A stretch of DNA of 64,000 nt from Vicinamibacterales bacterium (lineage in GTDB: Bacteria > Acidobacteriota > Vicinamibacteria > Vicinamibacterales > UBA8438), in assembly GCA_965206705.1 (NCBI GenBank), contig CBDBKJ010000004.1:417810-481809 (forward strand), written 5' to 3'. Position 1 is the first letter of the stretch; each line of letters starts with the position of its first letter. The notes beneath the pieces are model-generated. The model saw only the letters and a list, made by a program, of their open reading frames with translations. It was not told the DNA's origin and made no database searches. The translations under genes were made by a program, and so were the position numbers. Shown in pieces: positions 1 to 9,231 of this stretch.

Positions 1-1256
1 CGGACCGTCTGCACGCTGGGCGGGTTGGCGTCGAATCGCACCGCGATCGGCGGCCGTTTCTCGTGGACGAACTGGAGGAGCGACTTCAGCGAGCCGCTGC
101 GCCCGGCCTTGACCACGATCGGCACGATCCAGTCCCGGTGCGCGATCACGTAGTCGATCTCCGCGTTGCCCCGCCGTGCGTGCCGCAGCCAGTAGTGGAG
201 TTCGGGCGGGCCGTCGCCGCCGCTCAGCGAAGTCAGCTGCTGTCCGACGTACTGTTGGCCATGCCCCCTTCGTTCACCAGCCGGGTGGTGTCCAGCGCCT
301 CGATCTCCGGCAGATGCAGACCGCACAGGTGGTTCATCAGCCCGACGTCCATGAACAGCAGCTTTCTCGCGTGGTTGCCGGCGTCGGCGGCGAGGGGCAG
401 TCCCGAACAGTGGCTGTGGGAGATCCGGTGGCAGACGCGCGCCTTGACCAGCAGATCGATCGCGTGGCTCACTTCCGCCGCGCGCGCATCCGGGTCGAGG
501 CGGCGGTAGCTCACGGGATGCCCGACGGATCGAGGCACGATGCGGAACAGCCGTTGGAGGCGGGCGAGCGGCGTCCGTCGCGCGTACTTGGCGAAGTCGT
601 CCTCATAGGTCGACGCGATGGAACGGTGCACGGCCGCCACCTCCACCGGCGAACCCGACTCGCAGTACGCCAGCACCGCCTCGGGCAAGCCGCCGACCAC
701 GAGGTACTCTCGAAGCCGCCGCCCGAGTCGACGGTGCGCAGCGTCGGTCGGTGGCGCGTCCGGGTCGAGGTCGGCGGCCGAGTCGTCGGCGGCCGGGTCG
801 ACGGCGGCGAGGAACTCTCGAAACGTCAGCGGTCCCAGGTGCAGGTACTGAATGCGCCCTACCGGCATCGAGAATCCGTGCTCGGCGAGGGTGAACTCCA
901 GCAGCGACCCCGCCGCCACCACCGGCAGGTCCGGCCGGTCCTCGTAGAGGTAGCGCAGGGCGGGCAGGGCCCGCGGTGTCGCCTGTATCTCGTCCAGGAA
1001 CAGTATTGCCCGGTCCAGCCGGGTACCCCCGAGCATCTCCAGCTCGCGGAGGATACGCCCCGTATCCAGGCTCTCGAACACCCGGTCGAGGTAGATGCCG
1101 CTCCAGGTTCACCTCGCACAGCGCCATTCCGGCCGCCGCCGCGAACTGACGAACCAGGGTCGTTTTTCCGACCTGCCGCGCCCCGCGCAGCACCAGCGGC
1201 TTCCGGCGCCGTGCCGTCAGCCATCGATGCAACGTATCTTCAGCGAGTCTCTTCAT
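1..1256 (-). pseudogene. AAA+ ATPase with DUF4143-type C-terminal region, broken by at least two frameshifts; runs off the left edge
   Basis: The N-terminus MKRLAEDTLHRWL..LRGARQVGKTTLVRQF (Walker A) lies in ORF 603..1256. Homology continues as IYLDRVFESLDTGRILRELE..LDEIQ in ORF 233..1081 after a shift near 1093-1100. It continues again as (E)QYVGQQL..ELHYWLRHARRGNAEIDYVIA..VKAGRSGSLKSL in a third frame after a shift near 255-260. Confidence 0.75.
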
Positions 1257-1324
1257 GGCATATATACCTCAAAAATATCATTTTATATATTAAAACGTAC
1301 GTCTTATAACTCAATGCTCTTGAC
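1257..1324. other. AT-rich patch (about 25-30% GC) in a roughly 70% GC context; upstream region of the ATPase gene and junction to a truncated gene
   Basis: Sequence catatatacctcaaaaatatcattttatatattaaaacgtacgtcttataactcaatgctcttgac. It contains TATAAT-like hexamers on the minus strand directly upstream of the ATG at 1256. Confidence 0.6.
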
Positions 1325-1339
1325 TTGACGCTGGCCCGG

Positions 1340-1543
1340 GGCGGACCCGGGCTGTTCCGGTCGAGCCGCCCTACCATCACCGCCCGCCACAAGGACACCG
1401 GCGTCTGTCTGGGGGGACTGCCCGCCTTCCCTTGCGGCAATCCGATCACCCACTTGTACGAAGGGAAGCAGTACATAGTCGTCGCCGTCGGCACGTCGAG
1501 CGCGGCGGGCGGCGCCGAGCTGATCGCGCTCGCCCTGCCCTGA
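1340..1543 (+). pseudogene. C-terminal fragment (about 65 aa) of a PQQ-dependent dehydrogenase / beta-propeller protein; the 5' part is missing
   Basis: The translation ..ARHKDTGVCLGGLPAFPCGNPITHLYEGKQYIVVAVGTSSAAGGAELIALALP* matches the typical last blade and tail of quinoprotein dehydrogenases (..G.P.TY..GKQY..V..G). There is no upstream coding continuation, and the fragment abuts the AT-rich patch. Confidence 0.5.
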
Positions 1544-1691
1544 CGCTGCGCGGAACTCCGTGAGGGTGGTTCCACGGTGCTCGGGGGCCGTAGAATACGA
1601 CCGTCGCAGCTTCAACCGCGTGGATGGTGCAGTATTGGTCAGCTTGGGAAGATCCCGCGGTGCTCCGGCGGCGGCGGAGGAGGTAGGTCGA

Positions 1692-3083
1692 ATGGACAAT
1701 CTCGAATCGCACGGCGTGTCACGGGCGGTTGCCCGGCTACGGGGCTGGGCCCTCGTCGGCGCCCTGGCGGTGGCGGCCGCGGCGTGCGCCCCGGCCGATG
1801 AAGAGCCGGAGGCGGCGCCGAACGCGACGTGGTTCGAGGGGGCCACGCTCATCGACGGCAGCGGCGGCCCGCCCGTCGCGGGCTCCGCGTTTCTCGTCGA
1901 GGACGGTGTCTTCGCCTGGGTGGGACAGGCGGGCGAGCGGGAGGCTCCCGACGGCGCCGCGCAGGTCGACCTGTCGGGGAAGACGGTGATCCCCGCGCTG
2001 ATCGACGCGCACCAGCACCTCGGGTTGACGAACGTGAAGGATGGCTCGCACAGCCCCGACAACTACACGCGGGCCAACCTCGTCGAGCATCTGGAGCGGT
2101 CGGCCTATCACGGGGTCGCGGCCACGATGAGCCTGGGGCTCGAGTTCGACGAGGCGCTGGCGTTCGACCTGCGGAGCGCCGTCATTCCGGACGCGGCGCG
2201 TTTCCTGACGTCCGGCCGGGGAATCGCCGCCACGCCGACGGCCGGCCCGCAGCAGGAATACCGGCTGGGCATACCGCGGGGGGCGCAGACCGAGACGGAG
2301 GGGCGCGCGGCGGTCGAAGAGCTGCACGGGCACGGCGTCGACATCATCAAGATCTGGGTCGACGATCGGGGCGGCGCCGTCCCGAAGCTCGAGCCGGAGG
2401 TCTACCGGGCGATCATCGACGAGGCGCATGCCCGCGGCATGCGGGTGGCCTCGCACCTCGGCTCGACGAGCGGCCTCGCCGACGCCAAGGACCTGCTGCG
2501 CGCGGGCATCGACGGCTTCGCGCACACGGTACGCGACCGCGACGTCGACGAGGAGTACATGGCGCTGGTTCGCGAACTTCCCGACGTCTGGACCATCCCG
2601 AACCTCCCGGGCTCGCCGGTGAGGCAGGACGACCTGCCGTGGCTGAGCGAGACCCTGCCGCCGTTCGAGGTCGAGAGCCTGCGTGCGCAGGCCGAGCGTC
2701 TGGAGGAGGAGGGCCCCGGCGAGTCCTTCGAGCTGCAGTGCCGCAACCTGGCCCGCAATCGCGAGGCGGGGATGAGCATCGGCATGGGCACCGACTCGGG
2801 CGTCAGCGTCGCCTGGACCACCCACACCGAGATGCGCGACATGGCGGGCTGCGGGCTCACGCCGATGGAGGCGATCGAGGCGGCGACGCGGGTCAACGCC
2901 GAGATCCTGGGGCTGGAAGACCTAGGTACGGTGGCCGTGGGCAAGAGTGCCTCGTTCGTGGTGCTCGAGGCGAACCCCCTGGACGACATCGACAACACGC
3001 GGCGAATCGACAGCGTCCATCTCGGGGGCGAGCGGGTGGACCGAGAGGCGCTGCGGGCGAGGTTCATGAACGGCGTGCGCTAG
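1692..3083 (+). CDS. secreted amidohydrolase family protein (imidazolonepropionase-like metal hydrolase)
   Basis: ATG at 1692 is in frame with ORF 1560..3083. It has a signal or lipoprotein-like N-terminus (LVGALAVAAAAC), the HxH motif IDAHQHLG, and amidohydrolase-type C-terminal motifs (GTDSGV, ...DPLDDI). Confidence 0.85.
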   Translation: MDNLESHGVSRAVARLRGWALVGALAVAAAACAPADEEPEAAPNATWFEGATLIDGSGGPPVAGSAFLVEDGVFAWVGQAGEREAPDGAAQVDLSGKTVIPALIDAHQHLGLTNVKDGSHSPDNYTRANLVEHLERSAYHGVAATMSLGLEFDEALAFDLRSAVIPDAARFLTSGRGIAATPTAGPQQEYRLGIPRGAQTETEGRAAVEELHGHGVDIIKIWVDDRGGAVPKLEPEVYRAIIDEAHARGMRVASHLGSTSGLADAKDLLRAGIDGFAHTVRDRDVDEEYMALVRELPDVWTIPNLPGSPVRQDDLPWLSETLPPFEVESLRAQAERLEEEGPGESFELQCRNLARNREAGMSIGMGTDSGVSVAWTTHTEMRDMAGCGLTPMEAIEAATRVNAEILGLEDLGTVAVGKSASFVVLEANPLDDIDNTRRIDSVHLGGERVDREALRARFMNGVR

Positions 3084-3170
3084 GAGTCTGCGCCGTGGAA
3101 ACGGTGCCGACTCCTGGCCGGGTTGGTTGGGCGGCAAACGGGGCCGCAGGCGACGCTTTCCGGCGAGGCG
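3082..3170 (+). repeat. intergenic repeat family, copy 1: 34-nt hairpin (3082-3115) plus a GGTTGGTTGGGCGG module
   Basis: aggagtctgcgccgtggaaacggtgccgactcct followed by ggccgggttggttgggcggcaaacggggccgcaggcgacgctttccggcgagg. This is homologous to 11249..11398. Confidence 0.7.
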
Positions 3171-3215
3171 GCGGATGGATCCCGGTCGTTCACCCGGTCA
3201 CGAAGGAGGTTCCCC

Positions 3216-3686
3216 GTGGAAGGCATCATTTCCAATCTCTTGAGCCGATTCGAGCAGGGCCGCGTCTCTCGGCGGGATCTGGTGCGAAGCCTGGCGATGT
3301 TGGCGGCAGCCGGCGCCGGTGCGGCCGGCGCGTCGGCGCGTCAGCGAACGCCGTTCAGCTCCAGCCGGATCGACCACATCAGCATTCAGGTGACGGATCT
3401 CCCACGCTCGATCGCCTTCTACCAGGAGGTCTTCGGCCTGTCGATTCTGAACGAGGATCGGGCCAACGAGATCGTCCGCATGGGGACGAGCGGCATCCTC
3501 GTCTCGCTCCACCGCAAGCCGCCCACCGGCATCGTCGACCACTTCGCGATAGCCATCGACGGGTTCGACCGCGAGTCCGTGACCCTGGCGCTCGAGCAGC
3601 GTGGGCTGACCCCGGATCAGAACCTGGACTACGGATTCCATGTTCGGGACCCCGAGGGCATACCGGTCCAGATCGTCGCGACGTGA
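3216..3686 (+). CDS. VOC (glyoxalase/bleomycin-resistance/dioxygenase) family protein with a Tat-type signal
   Basis: GTG at 3216 is preceded by the RBS gaaggagg (3202-3209). The SRRDLVRSLAMLAAAGAGA twin-arginine signal is followed by a VOC fold signature (IDHISIQVTDLPRSIAFYQEVFGL ... HFAIAI). Confidence 0.8.
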   Translation: MEGIISNLLSRFEQGRVSRRDLVRSLAMLAAAGAGAAGASARQRTPFSSSRIDHISIQVTDLPRSIAFYQEVFGLSILNEDRANEIVRMGTSGILVSLHRKPPTGIVDHFAIAIDGFDRESVTLALEQRGLTPDQNLDYGFHVRDPEGIPVQIVAT

Positions 3687-3883
3687 TACGGATTGAGCTG
3701 GTCGCTGCCGGCGTGCCAAGCTACTGCATCCGGCCCAGCCTGTCGCGGCGGTTGTCGAAGCCGCGGGCGACGCCCGTGCTTGAACCGGTGAGGCTCCAAT
3801 GCGCCAAGCCTCGGCTACGTCCGTCACCGGCCGGGTGACAGGCTTCGCGGGTGGATGGGTCGGCGGCCTGCCTGGACTCCGGC

Positions 3884-5332
3884 TCAGAGCGGCGGGCCGC
3901 GCCAGAGGTCGCGGCGAACCAGCTCGCCGCTGCCCGCGGCGCCCAGCACCTCGCCGTCGCGATAGACGATCTCGCCGCGCCGCAGGGTCAGCGTCGGCCA
4001 GCCGGTCACTTCCCGTCCCGCGTGCACCGAGTAGCCGCTGCCCGAGAACATGTCCTCGTTGCGGATCGTCCGCGTCTCGTCCGGATCCCACAGCACCAGG
4101 TCCGCGTCGGACCCCACCGCGATCGTTCCCTTCCGCGGGTACAGCCCGAACAGCTTGGCGGGGTTGGTCGACGTGACCTCGACGAAACGCTCCAGGGTGA
4201 TGCGGCCGGCCCGGACGCCCTCGGAGTAGATCATCGGCAGCATCACCTGAAGATTGCTCATTCCCGCGCGGTGCTGCACGACGTTCTGCGCCGGGTCGAG
4301 CTTCTGCTCGCGGGTATAGGCGACGTGGTCGGTGGCCACGACGTGGATGGTTCCGTCGGCGATCCCGCCCCAGAGGGCGTCGAGGTCGCTCTGCTCCCGC
4401 AGCGGCGGCTGCCCGATGTACAGGCCCGGCGTGGGACCGTCGAACCGCTCGCGCGTCAGGTGCAGGTAGATGGGGCGCGTCTCCACGTATACCGGCAGAC
4501 CGCGCGCCTGCGCCGCCTCGGCGACCCGCAGGGCGCGTTCCGATGACAGGTGGACGATGTAGATCGCCGCTCCCGTCGCCTCGGCCATCGCCACCGCGCG
4601 CTGCGTGGCCGCGACCTCCGCCGCCACCGGCCGGGCGTCGGCGAAGTGCTCGAGCCCGCCCCGTCCCTCGGCCGCCATCCGCTCCGACGTGATCTGCACG
4701 AGCGCCGCGTCCTCGCAGTGCATCATCATCAGCACGCCGGTCTCGCGGGCCGCGTGCATCGTCGAGACGAAGCCGGGGGCGTTGGCGTCGAACGTGGGCC
4801 GAACCATGAACACCTTGATGGTGGTCTGCCCGGTGTCGGCGAGGGCCGCGAGGGTCTCGGGGGTGGCGGTGGCGGGGTCGGAGACGATGGGGTGGAAGAT
4901 GACGTCGGCGATCGACCGCGCTTCCACATCCGTCGCCGCGCGCGCCACCGTCTCGGCCGGCGTCTCGCCGACGCCCACGCCGCCGAAGTTCGAGATGGTG
5001 GTGATGCCCCCGGCGAGGGCCGCGGCCGAGCCGGACGTGTAGTCGTCCATGCGGACGCCGCCGAGGTGCACGTGGGGGTCGATGCCCCCCGGCAGCACCA
5101 GCCGCCCGCTCGCGTCGATCTCCCGGGTGTTCTCGTCGCGGGCGGCGAGTCCGGTGCCGATCTCGGCGATTGTGGAGCCGACGACCCGGATGTCGGCCGG
5201 CCGACGTCCGCCCGCCGTGAAGACCTCGCCGCCGCGGATGATCGTCTCGGGCTCCGGCTGGGCCGCGGCCACGAGGGCGGTCAGCGCGAGTGCAACGAGG
5301 GGAACCAAGCTTCGTAATGCCTTCATCACCAC
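3884..5332 (-). CDS. cyclic amidohydrolase (dihydropyrimidinase / D-hydantoinase family) with an N-terminal signal peptide
   Basis: 482 aa. Contains GGIDPHVHLGG, the carboxylated-Lys context TTIKVFM, HCED, and VATDH. N-terminus is MVMKALRSLVPLVALALTALVAAAQ. Confidence 0.85.
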   Translation of the reverse strand: MVMKALRSLVPLVALALTALVAAAQPEPETIIRGGEVFTAGGRRPADIRVVGSTIAEIGTGLAARDENTREIDASGRLVLPGGIDPHVHLGGVRMDDYTSGSAAALAGGITTISNFGGVGVGETPAETVARAATDVEARSIADVIFHPIVSDPATATPETLAALADTGQTTIKVFMVRPTFDANAPGFVSTMHAARETGVLMMMHCEDAALVQITSERMAAEGRGGLEHFADARPVAAEVAATQRAVAMAEATGAAIYIVHLSSERALRVAEAAQARGLPVYVETRPIYLHLTRERFDGPTPGLYIGQPPLREQSDLDALWGGIADGTIHVVATDHVAYTREQKLDPAQNVVQHRAGMSNLQVMLPMIYSEGVRAGRITLERFVEVTSTNPAKLFGLYPRKGTIAVGSDADLVLWDPDETRTIRNEDMFSGSGYSVHAGREVTGWPTLTLRRGEIVYRDGEVLGAAGSGELVRRDLWRGPPL

Positions 5333-5559
5333 ACCTCCGGATTGGCTTCCTCGTGCGACGCGGGCGGAAGCACCCCATTATCGCATCCGGAGGCTTCGCC
5401 GGGGGTGTCGCGGTCCGGACTGTCGAGCAGAGCTGTCAGCGGCGGCGCCGGTCCCGAGTGGGGGAGTGCGGAGTCCGGCCTGAAATCCTCTGTTCCGCCG
5501 AGGACTGCCGGGTCTGTCCGGGGGAGCCGCCGAAGGAGCGTAACGCGCCCGGCGGGTAC

Positions 5560-5718
5560 CCTTGCGGTGGCCGTACAGAACAGCCCCGCCGCCATCCCCC
5601 GGCGGCATCAGCCGTAGTTGGCGTGATGCGGTCGGCGAATGCGGCGGGGCGTTCGAACCGGCGGCCCGCCGGAGCGGGCCTGACCGGAGACTGGACGGAC
5701 CAGAAGCCTGCGCCGTAG
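5560..5718 (+). pseudogene. decayed remnant of a histidine-kinase 3' end (HATPase_c tail)
   Basis: One frame reads ..GGISRSWRDAVGECGGAFEPAARRSG.., resembling G.GL.I.R.IVE.HGG.I.V.S..G.G. The last codons (K)PAP-TAG and about 45 nt downstream match the 3' end of the large kinase gene at 56643. Confidence 0.35.
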
Positions 5719-5768
5719 AAGTCTCGCGCCAGCGAAACTTCCAACGCAACCGTAAGGTCGCGCTGGTG
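5701..5768 (+). repeat. about 62-nt 3'-end / post-stop element, copy 1 (partner in inverted orientation at 56590..56655)
   Basis: cctgcgccgtagaagtctcgcgccagcgaaacttccaacgcaaccgtaaggtcgcgctgg compared with the reverse complement of 56590-56655, cctgcgccgtagaggtttcgcgccagcgaacttccaacgcaaccgtagggtcgcgctgg. Confidence 0.7.
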
Positions 5769-5782
5769 CTGGGCCGGATTGG

Positions 5783-6412
5783 CTAGTGCTGGGCCGGCCA
5801 GCCCTCATCGAGCGGCTGGGACTCGTCGGCGGTGATCTGCAGGTGGGCGCAGTGGTGATAGCTGTAGGCGCCCGGGTTGTTGTACGCGTGCTCCGCCATC
5901 CACTGGATGACCTGCAGCGTGCACTTGTCGCAGTTGATGTTGGGAACGCGGACCTCCGTCTCGAACTCGATCGGCGTCGGCTCCCGCGTGTGGTGGATGA
6001 ACAGGCCGTCAGCGAGCAGCGGGGGCTGCGCCGGGACCTCAACCATCGCGGCCAGCGACCACGGCCGGTCCCACTCTCCGCGGTGGCTCGGTCGGGTCTT
6101 GGTCTCCGGATCGGGCGGCAGCTCGGTCGGCGAGTTGACCGCCAGGGCCACGCGGTAGTGCCCCGGATGGTAGATGGTCTCGAGAATCTTGAGAGGCAGC
6201 ATCGAACCGCCCACGACCTTGGTGACGATGTTGCTCGCCGTGCCCCAATCCGCGTTCGAGCCGCCGCAGGGGCCGGCCTTCTGCGGATCGCCGCGCTCGT
6301 TCTCGACGATCCACGAGGCTGGCTCGACCAGCTTGAAGTGGGCATGGGTCACAGTCGGCGCCACCAGCACGACCGCCCCGACCAACAGAAGAAACCGGAC
6401 AACATGCGGCAT
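5783..6412 (-). CDS. secreted protein with an N-terminal His after the predicted signal cleavage; lytic polysaccharide monooxygenase-like (copper histidine-brace candidate)
   Basis: ATG at 6412 (MPHVVRFLLLVGAVVLVAPTVTHA|HFKLVEPASW). The mature His1, later His residues (YHPGHY, IHH), paired Cys and a beta-sandwich-like composition resemble the AA10 / SCE4755-type families. The function is inferred. Confidence 0.6.
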   Translation of the reverse strand: MPHVVRFLLLVGAVVLVAPTVTHAHFKLVEPASWIVENERGDPQKAGPCGGSNADWGTASNIVTKVVGGSMLPLKILETIYHPGHYRVALAVNSPTELPPDPETKTRPSHRGEWDRPWSLAAMVEVPAQPPLLADGLFIHHTREPTPIEFETEVRVPNINCDKCTLQVIQWMAEHAYNNPGAYSYHHCAHLQITADESQPLDEGWPAQH

Positions 6413-6652
6413 GCCAACGCTCCTTGTTTCAACAGAGTGGACTCGACCGTCCATCGGTAACGCCCCACCTTATCAACTCCCCGCGAGCCGTTCAATGGGC
6501 GCATGCCGTGCGGCTCCGGCGCCTGCTCGGGCATCGCGCCCGGCGACGGAAGGCTCGGTCGTGACAGCCGTGTGAGAATGGTCCGCGCCGGCTCGGCGTG
6601 GGCCCGCAAGCGGCGGGACCCGAGCGGCCGATCATTGGAGGTCAGAGCGGTG

Positions 6653-7168
<516 letters not shown>

Positions 7169-7180
7169 TCGTGCCGGGGG

Positions 7181-7236
7181 CGTGCCGGCCGTTCCCGGCG
7201 TCAGCCGCGACAGGGGCCGCGGGAACGGCACGCACG
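7181..7236. terminator. long GC hairpin between convergent genes (terminator-like, no U-tract)
   Basis: cgtgc-cg-gccgttcccg (7181-7197) pairs with cgggaacggc-ac-gcacg (7220-7236), giving a 10-bp plus 5-bp stem. Confidence 0.4.
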
Positions 7237-7246
7237 CCGGCCGAGT

Positions 7247-8284
7247 TCAGTGGTCCCCGGCATCCTCGGCGCGGGCGCCGGTCAGGATGTTCAACAGGCC
7301 GTAGTTGCCTTCGTGGCAGGCGTACTCGAACATCGGTTCGGCCGAGCGCCGCATCGGCACCGCGACAGTGAACGGCCGGGTGAAGATGACCGGGTCGTCC
7401 ACCGTGTACTCGTAGACCAGGGTGTCGTCGTCGAGACGGGTGAACCGTTCGGTCAGGGTGACGGTCAGGCCGGTTCCGATGGCGGTGGTCGCCGACGGCT
7501 CGAAGCTGCCGGTCTTGTCCGTCATGTTGGTGGTCTGGACCACCAACGTGTCGCCCTCCCAGTGCCCCCGCGAGCTCCCGGCCCACTGGCGGATGCCCGC
7601 CGGCAGCTGCGGGCGGCCGTCGAGCGGAATGACCCGCAGGTCGTGCACCATCTCGTTCAGGATCGCGACGGTGTCGGCGGTCTGAAAGAGCTGCATGTTG
7701 TTGTTGTAGCCGCTCGGCATCATCGGCGGGCCGCTGTTGAAACCCAGGATGCAGCGTTCGGCGAGGCCGCGGTCCTCGGGCCGATCCGCGCCGGTGCCGG
7801 CGCTTCGGACCCGCACCGGCAACGTGATCGGCAGGTCTTCGAGCAGCGATCCCACCTGCCGGAGAGATTCGCCTTCGGGGGTCAACGCGGGCAGCCGGCC
7901 GTCCGGCGGATCGACGATCAGCGACGTCCGGCGATCCTCGACGAACGTCGTGCCGTAGTCGAGCCAGAAGTCGTTGTATCCGCCCACCGCGCGGCCGCCG
8001 CCCCCGGCCGGCAACGGTTCGGACCGCACCTCGCTGGGCTCCAGCAGCCGGGCGCGGCGCGCCGCGACCTGGGTCTCCTGGGCCGCCGCTTCCTCCTCCG
8101 TCAGGAACTCCCGTTCGGCAAGGGCCTCTGGCCGCTGCAGCGGCGTCATGGTGCGAAAGTCCCACACCCCCTGCAGATCCGGCCGGCCGTCGGGCAGCCG
8201 CGGCGGCGTCTGTCCGTCAACCGGGCCTGCGATGAGCGAGAGGATGACGATCGCGCTGAGCGAAACGATGGGACGTGCCCGCAT
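7247..8284 (-). CDS. secreted protein of an uncharacterized family, paralog 1 (C-terminal FEYACHEGNYG motif)
   Basis: Has a signal peptide, then PDLQGVWDFRTMTPLQRP, RTSLIVDPPDGRLPAL, ERCILGFNSGPPM, NEMVHDLRVIPLDG, SRGHWEGDTLVV, ERFTR and FEYACHEGNYGLLNILTGAR. Confidence 0.85.
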   Translation of the reverse strand: MRARPIVSLSAIVILSLIAGPVDGQTPPRLPDGRPDLQGVWDFRTMTPLQRPEALAEREFLTEEEAAAQETQVAARRARLLEPSEVRSEPLPAGGGGRAVGGYNDFWLDYGTTFVEDRRTSLIVDPPDGRLPALTPEGESLRQVGSLLEDLPITLPVRVRSAGTGADRPEDRGLAERCILGFNSGPPMMPSGYNNNMQLFQTADTVAILNEMVHDLRVIPLDGRPQLPAGIRQWAGSSRGHWEGDTLVVQTTNMTDKTGSFEPSATTAIGTGLTVTLTERFTRLDDDTLVYEYTVDDPVIFTRPFTVAVPMRRSAEPMFEYACHEGNYGLLNILTGARAEDAGDH

Positions 8285-8431
8285 TCGAACCTCCCGTGGT
8301 GCAACGAGAAACCGCAGAATCCGCCAATCGAACTGTCAGGGGGGGAACAGTATACCCGCGGGATCGTCGGCGGGCATTCACGCCGCGGCCGGGGACGCCC
8401 GGGCGCTCGCGGGGACGAGGGCGTCCACGGC

Positions 8432-8839
8432 TCACGCCTGGTCGAACCGGACTACGCTCAGGCTGGGAATCCGCCGGAAGTGCTCGTCGCTGGTGAGGAT
8501 CGGTTCCCCTGCGCAGACGCACAGCGTGCCGATCAGGAGATCCATCGTCGGGATCATCATGCCGCGGCTGCGCAGAGCCCACTCGATCTCGCCGTAACGC
8601 GGCGCAAAATCAGGCCCCGGCAGCGCGAGCTCCATGAAGTCGGTCAGTCGAGCCACGCGGTCGAGCTCCCGTTCCGGGTCCCGAGACCGGCGGGCGCCGG
8701 CTTCCAGCTCGCACCGTACGAAGACCGGCATGCGCAGCTTGACGGCGCCGTGCGCGCGCACTGTCCGCGTCGCTCCACCGATCTGTCCGCGACGGCGTTC
8801 GTGCATGAGATCGATCACGAACGAGGTGTCCACGAACAC
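8432..8839 (-). CDS. vapC: type II toxin, PIN-domain ribonuclease VapC
   Basis: GTG at 8839, 2 nt after the antitoxin stop. Sequence VFVDTSFVIDLM...TMDLLIGTLCVCAGEPILTSDEHFRRIP shows PIN acidic residues and a TxD motif. 135 aa. Confidence 0.85.
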   Translation of the reverse strand: MFVDTSFVIDLMHERRRGQIGGATRTVRAHGAVKLRMPVFVRCELEAGARRSRDPERELDRVARLTDFMELALPGPDFAPRYGEIEWALRSRGMMIPTMDLLIGTLCVCAGEPILTSDEHFRRIPSLSVVRFDQA

Positions 8840-8841
8840 GG

Positions 8842-9084
8842 CTACTTCTCCAGCACGACGGGATCCGGCCGATCGCGCTCGCGCTCGTCCACCACCGTCT
8901 CGAGGACGGCGACCGTGTCCCCGGCCAGCAGGACGTCGTCGATGTGGTCGAGGAGGTGCGACGCCGTGTATCGTTCGTCCCGGAGCGTGCGCTTGATTAC
9001 GCGGCTGAACGATTCGCCGGGCCGCTTGCGCGCGGCGAGCAGCTCGTACGATTCCAGGTCGATCGTGATTGTCTTGACGGCCAT
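8842..9084 (-). CDS. vapB: type II antitoxin, VapB-like (MAVKTITIDLESYELL.. family)
   Basis: MAVKTITIDLESYELLAARKRPGESFSRVIKRTL matches the conserved N-terminus of the DUF217/VapB antitoxin family. It lies immediately upstream of vapC. Confidence 0.8.
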   Translation of the reverse strand: MAVKTITIDLESYELLAARKRPGESFSRVIKRTLRDERYTASHLLDHIDDVLLAGDTVAVLETVVDERERDRPDPVVLEK

Positions 9085-9231
9085 GCACTTAGCATACACT
9101 TTTGTGGCCCGTCTTCACGCCCTTCCGCCGTGTCCTCCCCCGGCCGGGTTGACGGCGGCGGGCATCGGAGCGATCATGCGCTGATCGACAGTTTGAAGGG
9201 GACCCGGAAGCAGAGCGAAGGAGGAAGGTCC

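Noticed and set aside
3198-5378. A 726-aa minus-strand ORF overlapping the VOC and hydantoinase genes. Similar long ORFs occur at 13740-15950, 34017-35603, 42130-43899, 46760-48541 and 47523-49583.
   Set aside because: All of them are alternative frames or antisense to genes with clear family motifs, and all have R/G/P/A-dominated composition without recognizable domains. I treat them as non-coding.
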